Positions 48,632 to 61,557 of a DNA stretch of 64,000 nucleotides are shown piece by piece. Each line of letters begins with the position of its first letter. Positions within the stretch are counted from its first letter, which is position 1. Position numbers and translations under genes: made by a program. The notes under the pieces were generated by a model that worked only from the letters and a program-made list of their open reading frames with translations, was not told the DNA's origin and did not search any database. Source of the DNA: Dictyostelium discoideum (Eukaryota); contig CM000153.2 in the NCBI GenBank assembly GCA_000004695.1, forward strand, positions 2,560,001-2,624,000, read 5' to 3'.

Positions 48632-50914
48632 ATGAAAATAAGTTTTAAAAATTTAATTTTTATTTCATTTTTAATAATAAAAGTTTCATCATATGGTGAA
48701 CCAAATTTAAGAGGTAATCCAAATTGGTTTGAAAGAAGTAATCATGTATTAGTTAATTCAGTTAGAATTGCACCAAAGGAATACCAAAATAGATATACAC
48801 AATTTGGAAATCAAGATGTATTATCTCCATCAATTTATCCATCAGTGCCACCATTATTCTTTGAATTTTCATTAGGAGCATCAGCATTGGCTCATGCAAG
48901 AGATATGTCAATAAACAATTGTTTTTCACATGAATCATGTGATGGAACAGATTCCGATACCAGAATCAATGAATACTATCATTGTGATGAAATCCATGGT
49001 GAAAACATTGCAGCAGGTTATGATTCACCATTGATCACCAATAATCAATGGGTTTGTGATGATGGCACCAATGACCCATACTCAAATCCAACATGTGCTC
49101 AAGATGCTTCAGGTTCCGATGGTCATAGAGCAAATATTATGAATCCAAATTTCAAGGCAATAGGTGTTGGTTTCTCTTTTACCTCTGATAGCACCTACCA
49201 TTCCTACTGGACTCAAGATTTTGGCGCTCAACCATGTTTTAACATTACCAATCAACCAATTCATTCGGGTTCTCATTTATTCTTAAATCAAAACAAATTA
49301 ACTTTTATGGTCGATTGGTATGATCAAGTTGAACCAACCGTTGCTTACGTTGTAATTAGTGGTAAACCTAATAAATTGAATTTAGAAATGGGTTCAAAAT
49401 CAAAAGGTATTTATAGTTTATCAGTCCCAATCGAGAATCAAAAATCAAATGATGATGATAATAAAAAATCAAAAACTCAACAGGCTTCTGATTTTGCAAA
49501 GAAATTATTACATTTAGATTCCTGTAGAGATTATTATTTCTATTTTGAAAAATCAATCATTACAAATACAACAAATTCAACAGTTCAAGTAACTGATAAA
49601 GGTAATGTCACACTCACTTCCTATTCATTTTCAAAATCAACTGAAATCTTTAGATATCCACATTTTGGTTATTTAACTACTTTTGGTGAAGGTAATTGTA
49701 AAAGATCTTATTCAATCAATGGTACTGAATATAATCCTTATAATAATTTTAATTCTACAACTGGAATGCATTCTTCAACTTCATCTTGGTCATCAACTTC
49801 TTCAACTTCTTCGTGGTCTTCAACTTCTTCAACTTCATCATGGTCTTCAACTTCTTCAACCTCTTCATCTCCTTCTACTGTTCCACCAACAAATAATAAT
49901 GGTGGAAATAGTAATAATTCTGAACAACCATCTTCAACAACAACAACTACTACTACATCTTCTACAATAGGTACAACAATGGAACCAACAACTTCAACAA
50001 CAACATCAACAACAACTTCTACAACTATTGAACCAACTACATCATCAACAACAACATCAACAACAACTTCTACAACTGGATCATCATCATCATCATTATC
50101 ATCATCATCATCAGATAAATTTGATTCATTTGAATCATCAATTGAAATATTTAATAGTAACCATAAATTTATTGGATGCTTCAATGATGATATTTCTCAT
50201 GATTTACCATTTAATGAAATTTTTTCAATAAATATGACAAATGATAAATGTGAATCTTATTGTACAAAGAATGGATATAAATATGCTGGAACAGAGTTAG
50301 GAACACAATGCTATTGTGGTAATTCATATGGTCACTATGGTAAAGCTAATAAAGAATCTGATTGTAATTTTAAATGTGGTGGTGATAAATCTAAAATCTG
50401 TGGTGGTAATGATAAAATCTCTGTTTATAAAACAAGTTATAATGGTTGTTTCTCATATGAACCATTGATTGGTCATTTCTCAATCTCTGCAAGTAGTCCA
50501 AATATGACAGTTGAGGGATGTAGAGCTCATTGTTTTAAAAATCATTATTTAATTGCTGGTTTATCACGTGGTAATCTTTGTTTCTGTGGAAATGATACAA
50601 TTTTTGAGCAACAACCACAAACCGAAAATCCCTCAAGACCAAAATCAATTCCAACTTGTAATTCCAAATGTACAGGTTCAAATAAAGAAAATTGTGGTGG
50701 TGTAAATGAAATTTCAATCTATTCAACTGAAAATATTTCAAATCTTTTGGTACCTGATAATTTAAAGGATACATCTTCTTTATTAAATCAAAATCAACAA
50801 CAACAACAACAAGAACAAGAACAAGAACAAAATAATTCACAACCATTATTATTAATATCATTAAAATCATATATATTAATAATAATAATAACAATATTTG
50901 TATCATTAATTTAG
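48632..50914 (+). CDS. Secreted CAP/SCP (PR-1-like) domain protein with a Ser/Thr-rich mucin-like repeat region, two WSC domains and a hydrophobic C-terminus (likely GPI anchor); single exon
   Basis: ORF table, 760 aa. There is a signal peptide MKISFKNLIFISFLIIKVSS. The CAP motifs are HARDMS..CFSHES and GHRANIMNPNFKAIGVGF...YWTQDFG. SSWSSTSSTSSW repeats and T/S-rich blocks follow. The WSC-like Cys patterns are CESYCTKNGYKYAGTELGTQCYCGNSYG...CNFKCGGDKSKICGG and CRAHCFKNHYLIAGLSRGNLCFCGND...CNSKCTGSNKENCGG. The C-terminus is LLLISLKSYILIIIITIFVSLI. Confidence 0.8.
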   Translation: MKISFKNLIFISFLIIKVSSYGEPNLRGNPNWFERSNHVLVNSVRIAPKEYQNRYTQFGNQDVLSPSIYPSVPPLFFEFSLGASALAHARDMSINNCFSHESCDGTDSDTRINEYYHCDEIHGENIAAGYDSPLITNNQWVCDDGTNDPYSNPTCAQDASGSDGHRANIMNPNFKAIGVGFSFTSDSTYHSYWTQDFGAQPCFNITNQPIHSGSHLFLNQNKLTFMVDWYDQVEPTVAYVVISGKPNKLNLEMGSKSKGIYSLSVPIENQKSNDDDNKKSKTQQASDFAKKLLHLDSCRDYYFYFEKSIITNTTNSTVQVTDKGNVTLTSYSFSKSTEIFRYPHFGYLTTFGEGNCKRSYSINGTEYNPYNNFNSTTGMHSSTSSWSSTSSTSSWSSTSSTSSWSSTSSTSSSPSTVPPTNNNGGNSNNSEQPSSTTTTTTTSSTIGTTMEPTTSTTTSTTTSTTIEPTTSSTTTSTTTSTTGSSSSSLSSSSSDKFDSFESSIEIFNSNHKFIGCFNDDISHDLPFNEIFSINMTNDKCESYCTKNGYKYAGTELGTQCYCGNSYGHYGKANKESDCNFKCGGDKSKICGGNDKISVYKTSYNGCFSYEPLIGHFSISASSPNMTVEGCRAHCFKNHYLIAGLSRGNLCFCGNDTIFEQQPQTENPSRPKSIPTCNSKCTGSNKENCGGVNEISIYSTENISNLLVPDNLKDTSSLLNQNQQQQQQEQEQEQNNSQPLLLISLKSYILIIIITIFVSLI

Positions 50915-51032
50915 AAAATATAAAAACATTTAAATGTTTGTAATAATAAAATAAAAATTGTAATATTATATATAATATATTTAATGGTTTAAATTATTTA
51001 TTTTTTTTTTATTTTTTATTATTTTTTTTTTT

Positions 51033-52603
51033 CTAACCTAATTTTTTCATTTGATCTTTAATTAATTTTTCAGGATTAATTATATGTAATCTTATTAAAA
51101 TTGATAAAATTCTATTAACAAAATAATAGTATAATTCATAACCTTTTAACATTACTTCTAATGATACTTTCTCTTCAACACTTTTTACTAATCTAATGAT
51201 ACCACTATTTTTTGAAGAATTACTATTTAAACCTTTGGCAGCATAACGAGCCATAATTGAAAATCTATTAACTGGACTACCAAGTTCCATATTGATTGAT
51301 CTTAAAAGGTTATTATTTCTTAAGATTAATAGTAAATGTCTTGGCATTGCTTTCATTAAGAGATTGATATCTTTAAGTCTTTCAATTGCACCTGATAATA
51401 GTTTCTCCAATTCTTCTGATGATATTGAATTTGATAAACCAACTGAAGAACCTTCGAAATTACGCATTAGAATCATTGTTGAGAAAAGTTTCCAATTTTG
51501 TACACCCAATGCTTTACTATATTTTTCAACTTTTTTATTGTTACACAATACTAAATTCTTGTAGAGGTTACAGAAATTCAATCTAAATTCTTCATCGTAC
51601 TCTCTATATAGGCCATGATCCAATAATACTATTTGTGGTTGATTTGGGTGGTTTGGATGTTGTCTAACTAAAACGTTACCAGCATGAGGATCCACATGAA
51701 CAAAGGCATGTATGAAAATTTGTTCACACATAATCTCCATGAATCTTTGAGAGACAGTTTTCTCACTTAAACCCATTGATCTTATGGCTTGAACATTATT
51801 GATTTTACAACCATGAATAAACTCTGTCGTTAGAATTCTCTTTGAAGAATAGGGTCTAAACACTTTTGGAATGTAGGCATTGTTATTTGAAGAGAGATCT
51901 TGAGCGGCACGTTCAGCATTATCAGCCTCTTGAGAGAAATCCAACTCTTTTATTAAAACATTTTTCATTTCCTCAGCCATCCAATTGAATTCAAAATCTG
52001 GGAATGCCATATTGACCAAAGTCAACAAAACATTGTGAGTGAAAATGTCACCATCGAAATTTCTCTGTAAATCTACATATTGCACTTTGACAGCAACCTC
52101 TTCACCCTCCTTTGTAATTGCTCTATGAACTTGTGCTAATGATGCAGCTGCAATTGGTAATCTATCGAAATCAGAGAAATAATGGTTTGGTGCGTTACCT
52201 AAATCCTTTAAGAAAACACTTTCAACTTCGTAGAAATCACGCCATGGTGCTTGATCTTGTAATACTGAGAGTGTTTTAGTATATTGAATTGGTAAGATAT
52301 GATTTAAACTTGCAATATATTGACCTGCTTTAATATATAGTCCACCATTGGTTAAACATAAATCCAATATTAAATCAGCAGATTCTTGATGACATATCTT
52401 TGATTTCTCTAAATATTCCGATGACTTTTCTGGTGTATATGAAAGAATCTTATAATTTATCATAATTTTAGTTGCACATTTCATTGCTCTATAAAATCTA
52501 ACAATAACATTCATCATTGATCCAAAATAACTATCTGGTGTTTCATATGAATAAATTATTAATGCAATTGCTGCTAAAATACTTGCTATAGTTTTCTTAT
52601 AAT
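51033..52603 (-). CDS. ADCK1-like ABC1/UbiB-family atypical kinase, exon 2 (kinase-like domain)
   Basis: ORF table 51033..52517, extended upstream in frame to a ttag acceptor after the (ATAA)n microsatellite. It is colinear with human ADCK1: AAASLAQVHRA...VAVKVQ aligns with GTASLAQVHKA...VAVKVQ, HAFVHVDPHAGNVLVRQHP aligns with NGFVHCDPHPGNVLVRKHP, VLLDHGLYREYDEEFRLNFC aligns with VLLDHGLYQMLTEEFRLNYC, and LLILRNNNLLRSI aligns with LLILKTNDLLRGI. Confidence 0.85.
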
Positions 52604-52606
52604 CTA

Positions 52607-52607
52607 A

Positions 52608-52685
<78 letters not shown>
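52607..52685. repeat. (ATAA)n microsatellite within the ADCK intron
   Basis: aaataaataaataaat... about 20 units. Confidence 0.9.
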
Positions 52686-52687
<2 letters not shown>

Positions 52688-52752
52688 ATGTTAATAATTA
52701 ATAAAAGTTTTTTTTTTTTTTAAAAAAAATAAAAAAAAATGATTTAACTTAC

Positions 52753-52851
52753 TTTTTGCAAATCTTTGTAATACATTTAAAAACTCTTGTGGTGTAATTA
52801 CAGTTTTTTTTAAAATATCTCTTAATCTATCTTTACTTGTTTTTTTTTTTG

Positions 52852-52915
<64 letters not shown>

Positions 52916-53085
52916 TGATGATGGTGGTTTAGCTTGACATGGTTGTGGTTTGGTAGTTGTGAATGAATTTAGATTATATTTATTTGAAAGTGAAGAAAAG
53001 AATTGAATTGAAGATGGTTTTATTTTATTTTCCATAACATTTTTAAAATTATTATTTATATAATATACATTATTTATTTTATTTA

Positions 53086-53116
<31 letters not shown>

Positions 53117-53269
53117 TAGGAAATTGTATTTATTATTTGAAAATTTTAATAGGCCATTATTATTAGTATTATTATTTTTAATTGAATTTATAATATTGTT
53201 TCTAAAAGATGTTACAATAAAATCTTTATGTTTTAGTTTTGATAGTAATGAAAATTTTAAAATTTTCAT
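52753..53269 (-). CDS. ADCK1-like ABC1/UbiB-family atypical kinase, exon 1 (mitochondrial presequence-like N-terminus, poly-N, poly-Q)
   Basis: ORF table 52691..53269. It reads MKILKFSLLSKLKHKDFIVTSF...PQEFLNVLQRFAK, with a GTAAGT donor at 52751-52752. Confidence 0.7.
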
Positions 53270-53309
53270 TATTTGTTAATTATGAATTATAATGCCAATT
53301 CAAAATTTG

Positions 53310-53357
<48 letters not shown>

Positions 53358-53792
53358 ATTTTTAATTTAAAAAAAAAAAAAAAAATGAAAAAAATTAAAA
53401 TAAAAAAAAAATTACATGTAATTATTTGTTTTTTTTTTGGGATTTTCGAAAAAAAAAAAAAAAGTAATTTTAATAATATCTAGATTGGTTCAGGTTTAAT
53501 TTAAAAAAAAAAAAAAAATCAAAAAAAAATTTTATTGATGCATTCATTTTGTTTTTTATATTTATCTTTTTGGAATTTTGGGCGTTAAACATAATGGAAA
53601 ATTTTTTTTTTTGATTGAAAGTCAAGATAATAAGTTTTTTTATTTTTTGGTTTTTTTTTTTTTTTTTGTTTTTCAATAATAATTATATATTATTGCACTG
53701 TGTCGAAAAAATTTTTTTTTTTTTTTTTTTCAAACAATTGGATTTGTCCGGTTGAACGAAAATAATTAATTTTTTTTTTTTTTTTTTTTTTT

Positions 53793-53824
<32 letters not shown>

Positions 53825-53920
53825 CAATAGATTGTTCATGTTAATCGGTTTTATAAACAAGTTTTTTTATTTTTTCATTTTTTATTTTTTTTTTTTGTTT
53901 TTCTTTAAAATCACAATACA

Positions 53921-54093
53921 ATGGCAAGAACTACAGATAGACCCAGAAAGGCGAGGGGGTCCCCGCTAACTGAAATTGATGTAATTTTAAAAAAATTCTT
54001 AGATTACCCAGAAGATAAGAAATTGGATTTCTTAAGTTATTTTAAAAATGTTTCAAGGTTTCTAACAAAAGAACACTATTTAATTATAAAAAG
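53921..54093 (+). CDS. Poly-Q protein of unknown function, exon 1 (MARTTDRPRKARGSPLTEIDVILKKFLDYPEDKKLDFLSYFKNVSRFLTKEHYLIIK)
   Basis: ORF table 53921..54112. A GTATTG donor lies at 54094. Confidence 0.45.
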
Positions 54094-54220
54094 GTATTGT
54101 AAATTTTTATAATTTTTCTAAATTAAATTATTATTATTATTATTATTATTACTATTATTATTATTATTATTTATTAATAAAAATTAAAAAAATAATATAA
54201 ATTTCTTTGTAAAATAAAAG

Positions 54221-54461
54221 TGGTATTGAGAGTATATTTGGTAATTTAAATTCAATTCGAGGTGAAATAAAATTAGCATTTTTGAATTTCATTGAATATC
54301 ATAGTAATTATATTTCTTTAACACATAGTGAAAGTGAAGTTGAATCATTTTATTTATCACTTTTAAAACCAATCAGTGTAGTTAATACAAAACTCCCATA
54401 CCATAAACTGTTGTCTAATACTCTTGGGCCTTTAAGTTCAAATTATCATTACTTTTCATTT
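54221..54461 (+). CDS. Poly-Q protein, exon 2
   Basis: An aaaag acceptor at 54219-54220. It reads (S)GIESIFGNLNSIRGEIKLAFLNFIEYHSNY...SNYHYFSF (ORF table 54282..54479), with a GTAAGT donor at 54462. Confidence 0.5.
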
Positions 54462-54596
54462 GTAAGTTTAATTTATTAAAAAACATTGACCCAATATAGA
54501 TATTCTAACTTTTTATATTAAAAAAAAAAAAAAAAATGAATCAAAACAAATAAAATTATAATATTTATAATAATAAATAATTAATAAAAAATTAAG

Positions 54597-57056
<2,460 letters not shown>

Positions 57057-57130
57057 TTAATTAATTAATTATGGAAATAAAAAATTCTTTCCATTATTTT
57101 TTTTATTTTTTTATTTATTTTAATTTTATT

Positions 57131-58104
57131 TTACATTTTTGAAAGAGAGAGTGATGGATCTGCTACTAAATCATCTCTTCTTTGTTTTGTTATTGGAACA
57201 ATACTTTTAAAACTTTTATGTGTTGCATCTAAATATTTTTTTTTTTTTAATTAAATATTAAAAAATAAAATTAGTTTTAAAATTTTTTAATTTAATTTAT
57301 GTTAATATTTTAAAATATTAATAAATAATTACCTCTAGTTAATTGAAAAATAATACTCTCAGTAGTAGTAATGAAAGCACCAGATTGTCTCATTCTTTCT
57401 AATGCAATTAAACGATCATTATTATTATTTGAAGAAACAGCATCAGAGAGAATATGAACATCATATCCATTCTCTAAGAAATCTAATGTTGATTGTAAAA
57501 CACAAACATGTGTTTCAATCCCAGTAATTAAAATTGATTTTAAATCTTTATGGTTTTGTTTTAAATGATTCAATACTTCATTGGTACACATTGAATAAAG
57601 TGTTTTTTCAAATATTTTAGTTTGATTATTTTCATTTCTTTCTTTTAATAAATCTTCAAATGTATGTCCTAAACCTTTTGGATATTGTTCTGTAAATATA
57701 ATTGGTACTTTTAATTCATTACATACTCTCATCTGTATATATATATATAAAAAAAAAAATTAAAAAAATAAAAAAATAAAAAAAAAAAAAAAATTTAGTA
57801 TCTTTAAATCATATCAATAATAATAACTTTATCCTCTTTAATTATCCTAAAAAATAAAAATCATACCATATATTTTGATTGATTAACAACACCATTAAAT
57901 TTAAATATATGATTTGCAAATTTACTTTGAATATCACAACTATTTTTAAAAATTAAAAAATAAAAAATAAAAATAAAAAAAATAAAAAAAAAATTAAAAA
58001 AAAAATTAAAAAATTTAATATGTTATAATATAAATTAGTAAATAATTTACTTACATAAATAAAGCAGAAGTTTCTGGTACAATTTTTCCAAGTGATCTTA
58101 TCAT
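57131..58104 (-). CDS. Isochorismatase-family hydrolase (ISOC1/ISOC2-like), copy A; 4 exons: 58104-58055, 57939-57867, 57732-57333, 57228-57131
   Basis: Colinear with human ISOC2. MIRSLGKIVPETSALF|ICDIQSKFANHIFKFNGVVNQSKYM|MRVCNELKVPIIFTEQYPKGLGHT...ILITGIETHVCVLQSTLDFLENGYDVHILSDAVSS...[58 protein letters not shown] aligns with SLGRVLPGSSVLFLCDMQEKF...VPVMLTEQYPQGLGPT...[34 protein letters not shown]...[34 protein letters not shown]. ORF table 57310..57732 is exon 3. Confidence 0.75.
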
Positions 58105-58767
58105 TTTTTTTTTTAAAAAAGAATTGTTGTTTTTGTGTGAATATGAAATTTAATTAAAAAAAAAAAAATTAAGAAAATTAAAAAATAAAAAATGAAAATT
58201 AAAAAAAAATAAAAAAATAAAAAAATAAAAAAAAAATAAAATAAAAAATAAAAAATAAAAAACAAATAAATTCAAATAAATATTTATTTTCCAAATAATT
58301 TCCTTTTTAAAAAAATTTTAAAAATTGAATGTCTATATGTTTTTTTGAAGGTTGTTTGTTTTTCTAGATTTTGGCTAAAAATTAATTTGGGAGGCAACTT
58401 TGCCAAATCAATATACACTCAGTAGTTTATTTTTTGACAATACATAATATAAAAAAAAAATACATATAGTTTTTACCATATTCATTAAATTTTAGTTTAA
58501 ATTTTACAATAAAAAAAAAAAAATAAAAAAAATAAAAAAAATAAAAAAAATAAAAAAAATCGAAATTAAATAATCAAATGAATATGCTGTAAAAAAAAAA
58601 AAGATATTTGAAAAAACTTGTAATAGAAAAGACACAGATAATTGATTCACTTATTTTTTTTTTTTTTTTTTACACAAATATTTTTTTTAATATTTTATTA
58701 AAAAAAATATATATGGATATATAAAATTATAATATTTATTAATTTTAATTTTAATATTATTATTTTT

Positions 58768-59573
58768 TTAGTCGAATAATGGAATTTTGCAAAAATTAGC
58801 AGGTGTACAAGTACGAAGATTTGAATTTAATGAATTAATTTTATCCATATCTTCATTTGATAATTGGAAATCAAAGATATTGAAATTTTCAATGATACGA
58901 GCAGGATTTGAAGATTTTGGAATTGTTACAATACCTCTTTGATTCAACCATTTGAAGATAACATTTGCAACTGTTTTATTATGTTTATCAGCGATTGATT
59001 TTAGTGTTTCATTTGATAAAAGATCGCATTTACCTTGACCCAATGGACTATAGGCTGTTAAGACGATACCATATCTGTCACAGAAATACTTTAAATTTGG
59101 TTGACTAAGGTATGGATGAACTTCAACTTGATTAATTGCCGGTTTAATTTTAGCATAAGTTAAGAGATCAACTAAATTTTGAACATTGAAATTTGAAACA
59201 CCGATTGACTTAACCAATCCATATTCAACCAATTTCTCCATCTCTTGCCATGTTTCACGGATTGAAACTGCTGCTAGCACTGGTTCACCATCGCTGTCTC
59301 TCAATGGTTGAGTGGTTGTTCCTGATGGATCTGCATTTTCAAATGCAATTGGCCAATGAATTAAATATAAATCTAAATATTCTAATCCTAAATCTTCCAA
59401 TGTCTTTTCACAATGTTTACGAACTAAACTTGCATGATGGCATGAATTCCAAAGTTTACTAACATAAAAAATATCTTCTCTTTTAATTTCTCCTTCTGCA
59501 AATACTTCTTTTAATGCATGTCCAATCTCTTTTTCATTCATATAAATTGCTGCACCATCAATATGTCTATATC
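58768..59573 (-). CDS. Aldo-keto reductase, exon 2
   Basis: A tatatag acceptor at ~59574-59575. GYRHIDGAAIYMNEKEIGHAL...LWNSCHH...IHWP...VSNF...HPYL...IVLTAYSPLG...IPKS are all AKR-superfamily hallmarks. ORF table 58768..59541. Confidence 0.85.
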
Positions 59574-59607
59574 CTATATATTTTATAATTTTTTTTTTTT
59601 TTTAAAA

Positions 59608-59648
<41 letters not shown>

Positions 59649-59659
59649 CATAAACTTAC

Positions 59660-59789
59660 CACTTTTTAAAGCAACTTTAACAGCATCCCCAACCTCACCT
59701 ACTTTTGCGCCATTATAAGTACCAAGACCAATCATTGGTATATGGTGAATATCATCATTCAATTTGAATGTATTTTGTGGTTGTGACAT
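59660..59789 (-). CDS. Aldo-keto reductase (aldose reductase-like, AKR1 type), exon 1
   Basis: It reads MSQPQNTFKLNDDIHHIPMIGLGTYNGAKVGEVGDAVKVALKSG (the AKR N-terminus, with the G.GT motif), then a GTAAGT donor. The poly-K tail in ORF table 59583..59789 is intron read-through. Confidence 0.8.
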
Positions 59790-60293
59790 TTTTATATTTG
59801 TATTTTATTTATGGTGAATTTACAAATATTTTTTTTTACAAAAAAAAAAAAAAAAAAAAAAAAAAATTAAAATATTAATTTAGAAAACGATCTGCAAATG
59901 AAAAAAAAAATAAAAAAAAAAAATAAAATAAAAAAAATTAAAATATTAATTTAGAAAACGACGATCTGCAAATGAAAAAAAAAATAAAAAAAAAAAAAAT
60001 AAAATAAAAAAAAAATAAAAATTAATTTGGTCCGAAAGTAGGAAATGTTTCGAGTATTAGGAAAAAAAGTGAATTTTAATTAATTTGTTATTAAATTTGA
60101 TTTTATTTAATTTTTTTTAATTTATTTTTTTTTAATTTTTTTTCCAATTTTTTTTTTTTTCAGATCTGAATCTGTAAATAAAAAATATTTAAATTAAAAA
60201 AAAAAAAAAAAAATAAAAATAAAAATCTAAAAATAAAAATAAAAATCTAAAAATAAAATTATTTTTTTTTTTTTCTTTTTTTAATCAAAAATT

Positions 60294-60401
60294 TTATAAT
60301 TTTGAAAGAGAAGATAGTGATGGATTGGCTAACAAATATTCTCTTCTTTCTTGAGACAATGGAACTATATTTTTAAAACTTTTATGTTTTGCATCTTTTT
60401 C

Positions 60402-60440
<39 letters not shown>

Positions 60441-61185
60441 AATAAATAAAATAAATATTATTTATATAAAAGTAATAATGATGGTACTAAATAATTACCT
60501 TTAGTTAATTGGAATGTAATTGTTTCAGTAGTAGTAATGAAAGCACCAGATTGTCTCATTCTTTCTAATGCAATTAAACGATCATTATTATTATTTGAAG
60601 AAACAGCATCAGAGAGAATATGAACATCATATCCATTCTCTAAGAAATCTAATGTTGATTGTAAAACACAAACATGTGTTTCAATCCCAGTAATTAAAAT
60701 TGATTTTAAATCTTTATGATTTTGTTTTAAATGATTCAATACTTCATTGGTACACATTGAATAAAGTGTTTTTTCAAATATTTTAGTTTGATTATTTTCA
60801 TTTCTTTCTTTTAATAAATCTTCAACTGTATGTCCTAAACCTTTTGGATATTGTTCTGTAAATATAATTGGTACTTTTAATTCATTACATATTTTTATCT
60901 AAATTGTAAATTAAAAAAAAAAAAAAATAATAAAAAATTAGTATCTATTAATTAAAAAAAAAAAAGGACAAGTCTTCAAATCATACCATATATTTTGATT
61001 GACCAACTACATCATTAAATTTAAATATGTGATTTTCAAATTTACTTTGAATATCACAACTAATTTTAATAAAAAAAAAAAAATAAAAAAAAAAATCAAT
61101 AATTGTTGATATCTAATAAAAGTTTGAAAATTAAAAATTTACATAAACAATAATGAAGTATTCGGTGAAAGATTTCCTACAGATT
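60294..61185 (-). CDS. Isochorismatase-family hydrolase, copy B (paralog of copy A; same 4-exon structure, apparently intact; coordinates approximate)
   Basis: Exon 3 is ORF-table 60458..60757 extended to ...IKICNELKVPIIFTEQYPKGLGHTVEDLL. Exon 2 is CDIQSKFENHIFKFNDVVGQSKYM. Exon 1 is MKSVGNLSPNTSLLF followed by a GTAAAT donor. Exon 4 is DAKHKSFKNIVPLSQERREYLLANPSLSSLSKL*. Nucleotide identity to copy A across exons 2-3 is very high. Confidence 0.65.
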
Positions 61186-61557
61186 TCATTTCTGTCTACA
61201 TTAAATGATAACTAAAAAAAATAAAAAAAAAATAAAAAAAATGAAAAAATTAAATTAGTAAAAAAAAAAAAAAATTAAAAAAAAAATAATCCAACGTGGA
61301 CATTATTAATTTGTTTGTACCAAAAATAAGGAAAATAAATAAACTTTGGAATAGAGTTTTTTTTTTTAAAAATGTTTTTTTTTTATATTTATTTCTTTCT
61401 TTTTATTGTTTTTTTGGTTTTTTTTTTTTTTTTTTTTAGGTTTTTCTTTTAATAATAAAATAATTGTAGCATTAAATTTTAACTTTGGGGGAAAAAAAAA
61501 GTTTTTTTTTGTTTCCTTTTTATGTTTTTATGTTTTTTTTTTTTTTTTTTTTTTTTT

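Noticed and set aside
49368-50906. ORFs antisense to or out of frame with the CAP-WSC gene (49368..49556, 49683..49970, 49738..50184, 50028..50231, 50535..50906)
   Set aside because: These are mirror images of the Ser/Thr repeat region (poly-D/E/V on the opposite strand) or alternative frames of the same repeats.
51292-51586. Plus-strand ORFs inside the ADCK gene
   Set aside because: They are antisense to a kinase-domain exon with strong homology.
59583-59789. 68-aa ORF with a poly-Lys tail (MSQPQNTFKLNDDIHHIPMIGLGTYNGAKVGEVGDAVKVALKSGKFMKKKKKK...)
   Set aside because: This is not a stand-alone gene. The first 43 codons are exon 1 of the aldo-keto reductase, and the K-run is read-through of the following A-rich intron after a GTAAGT donor.
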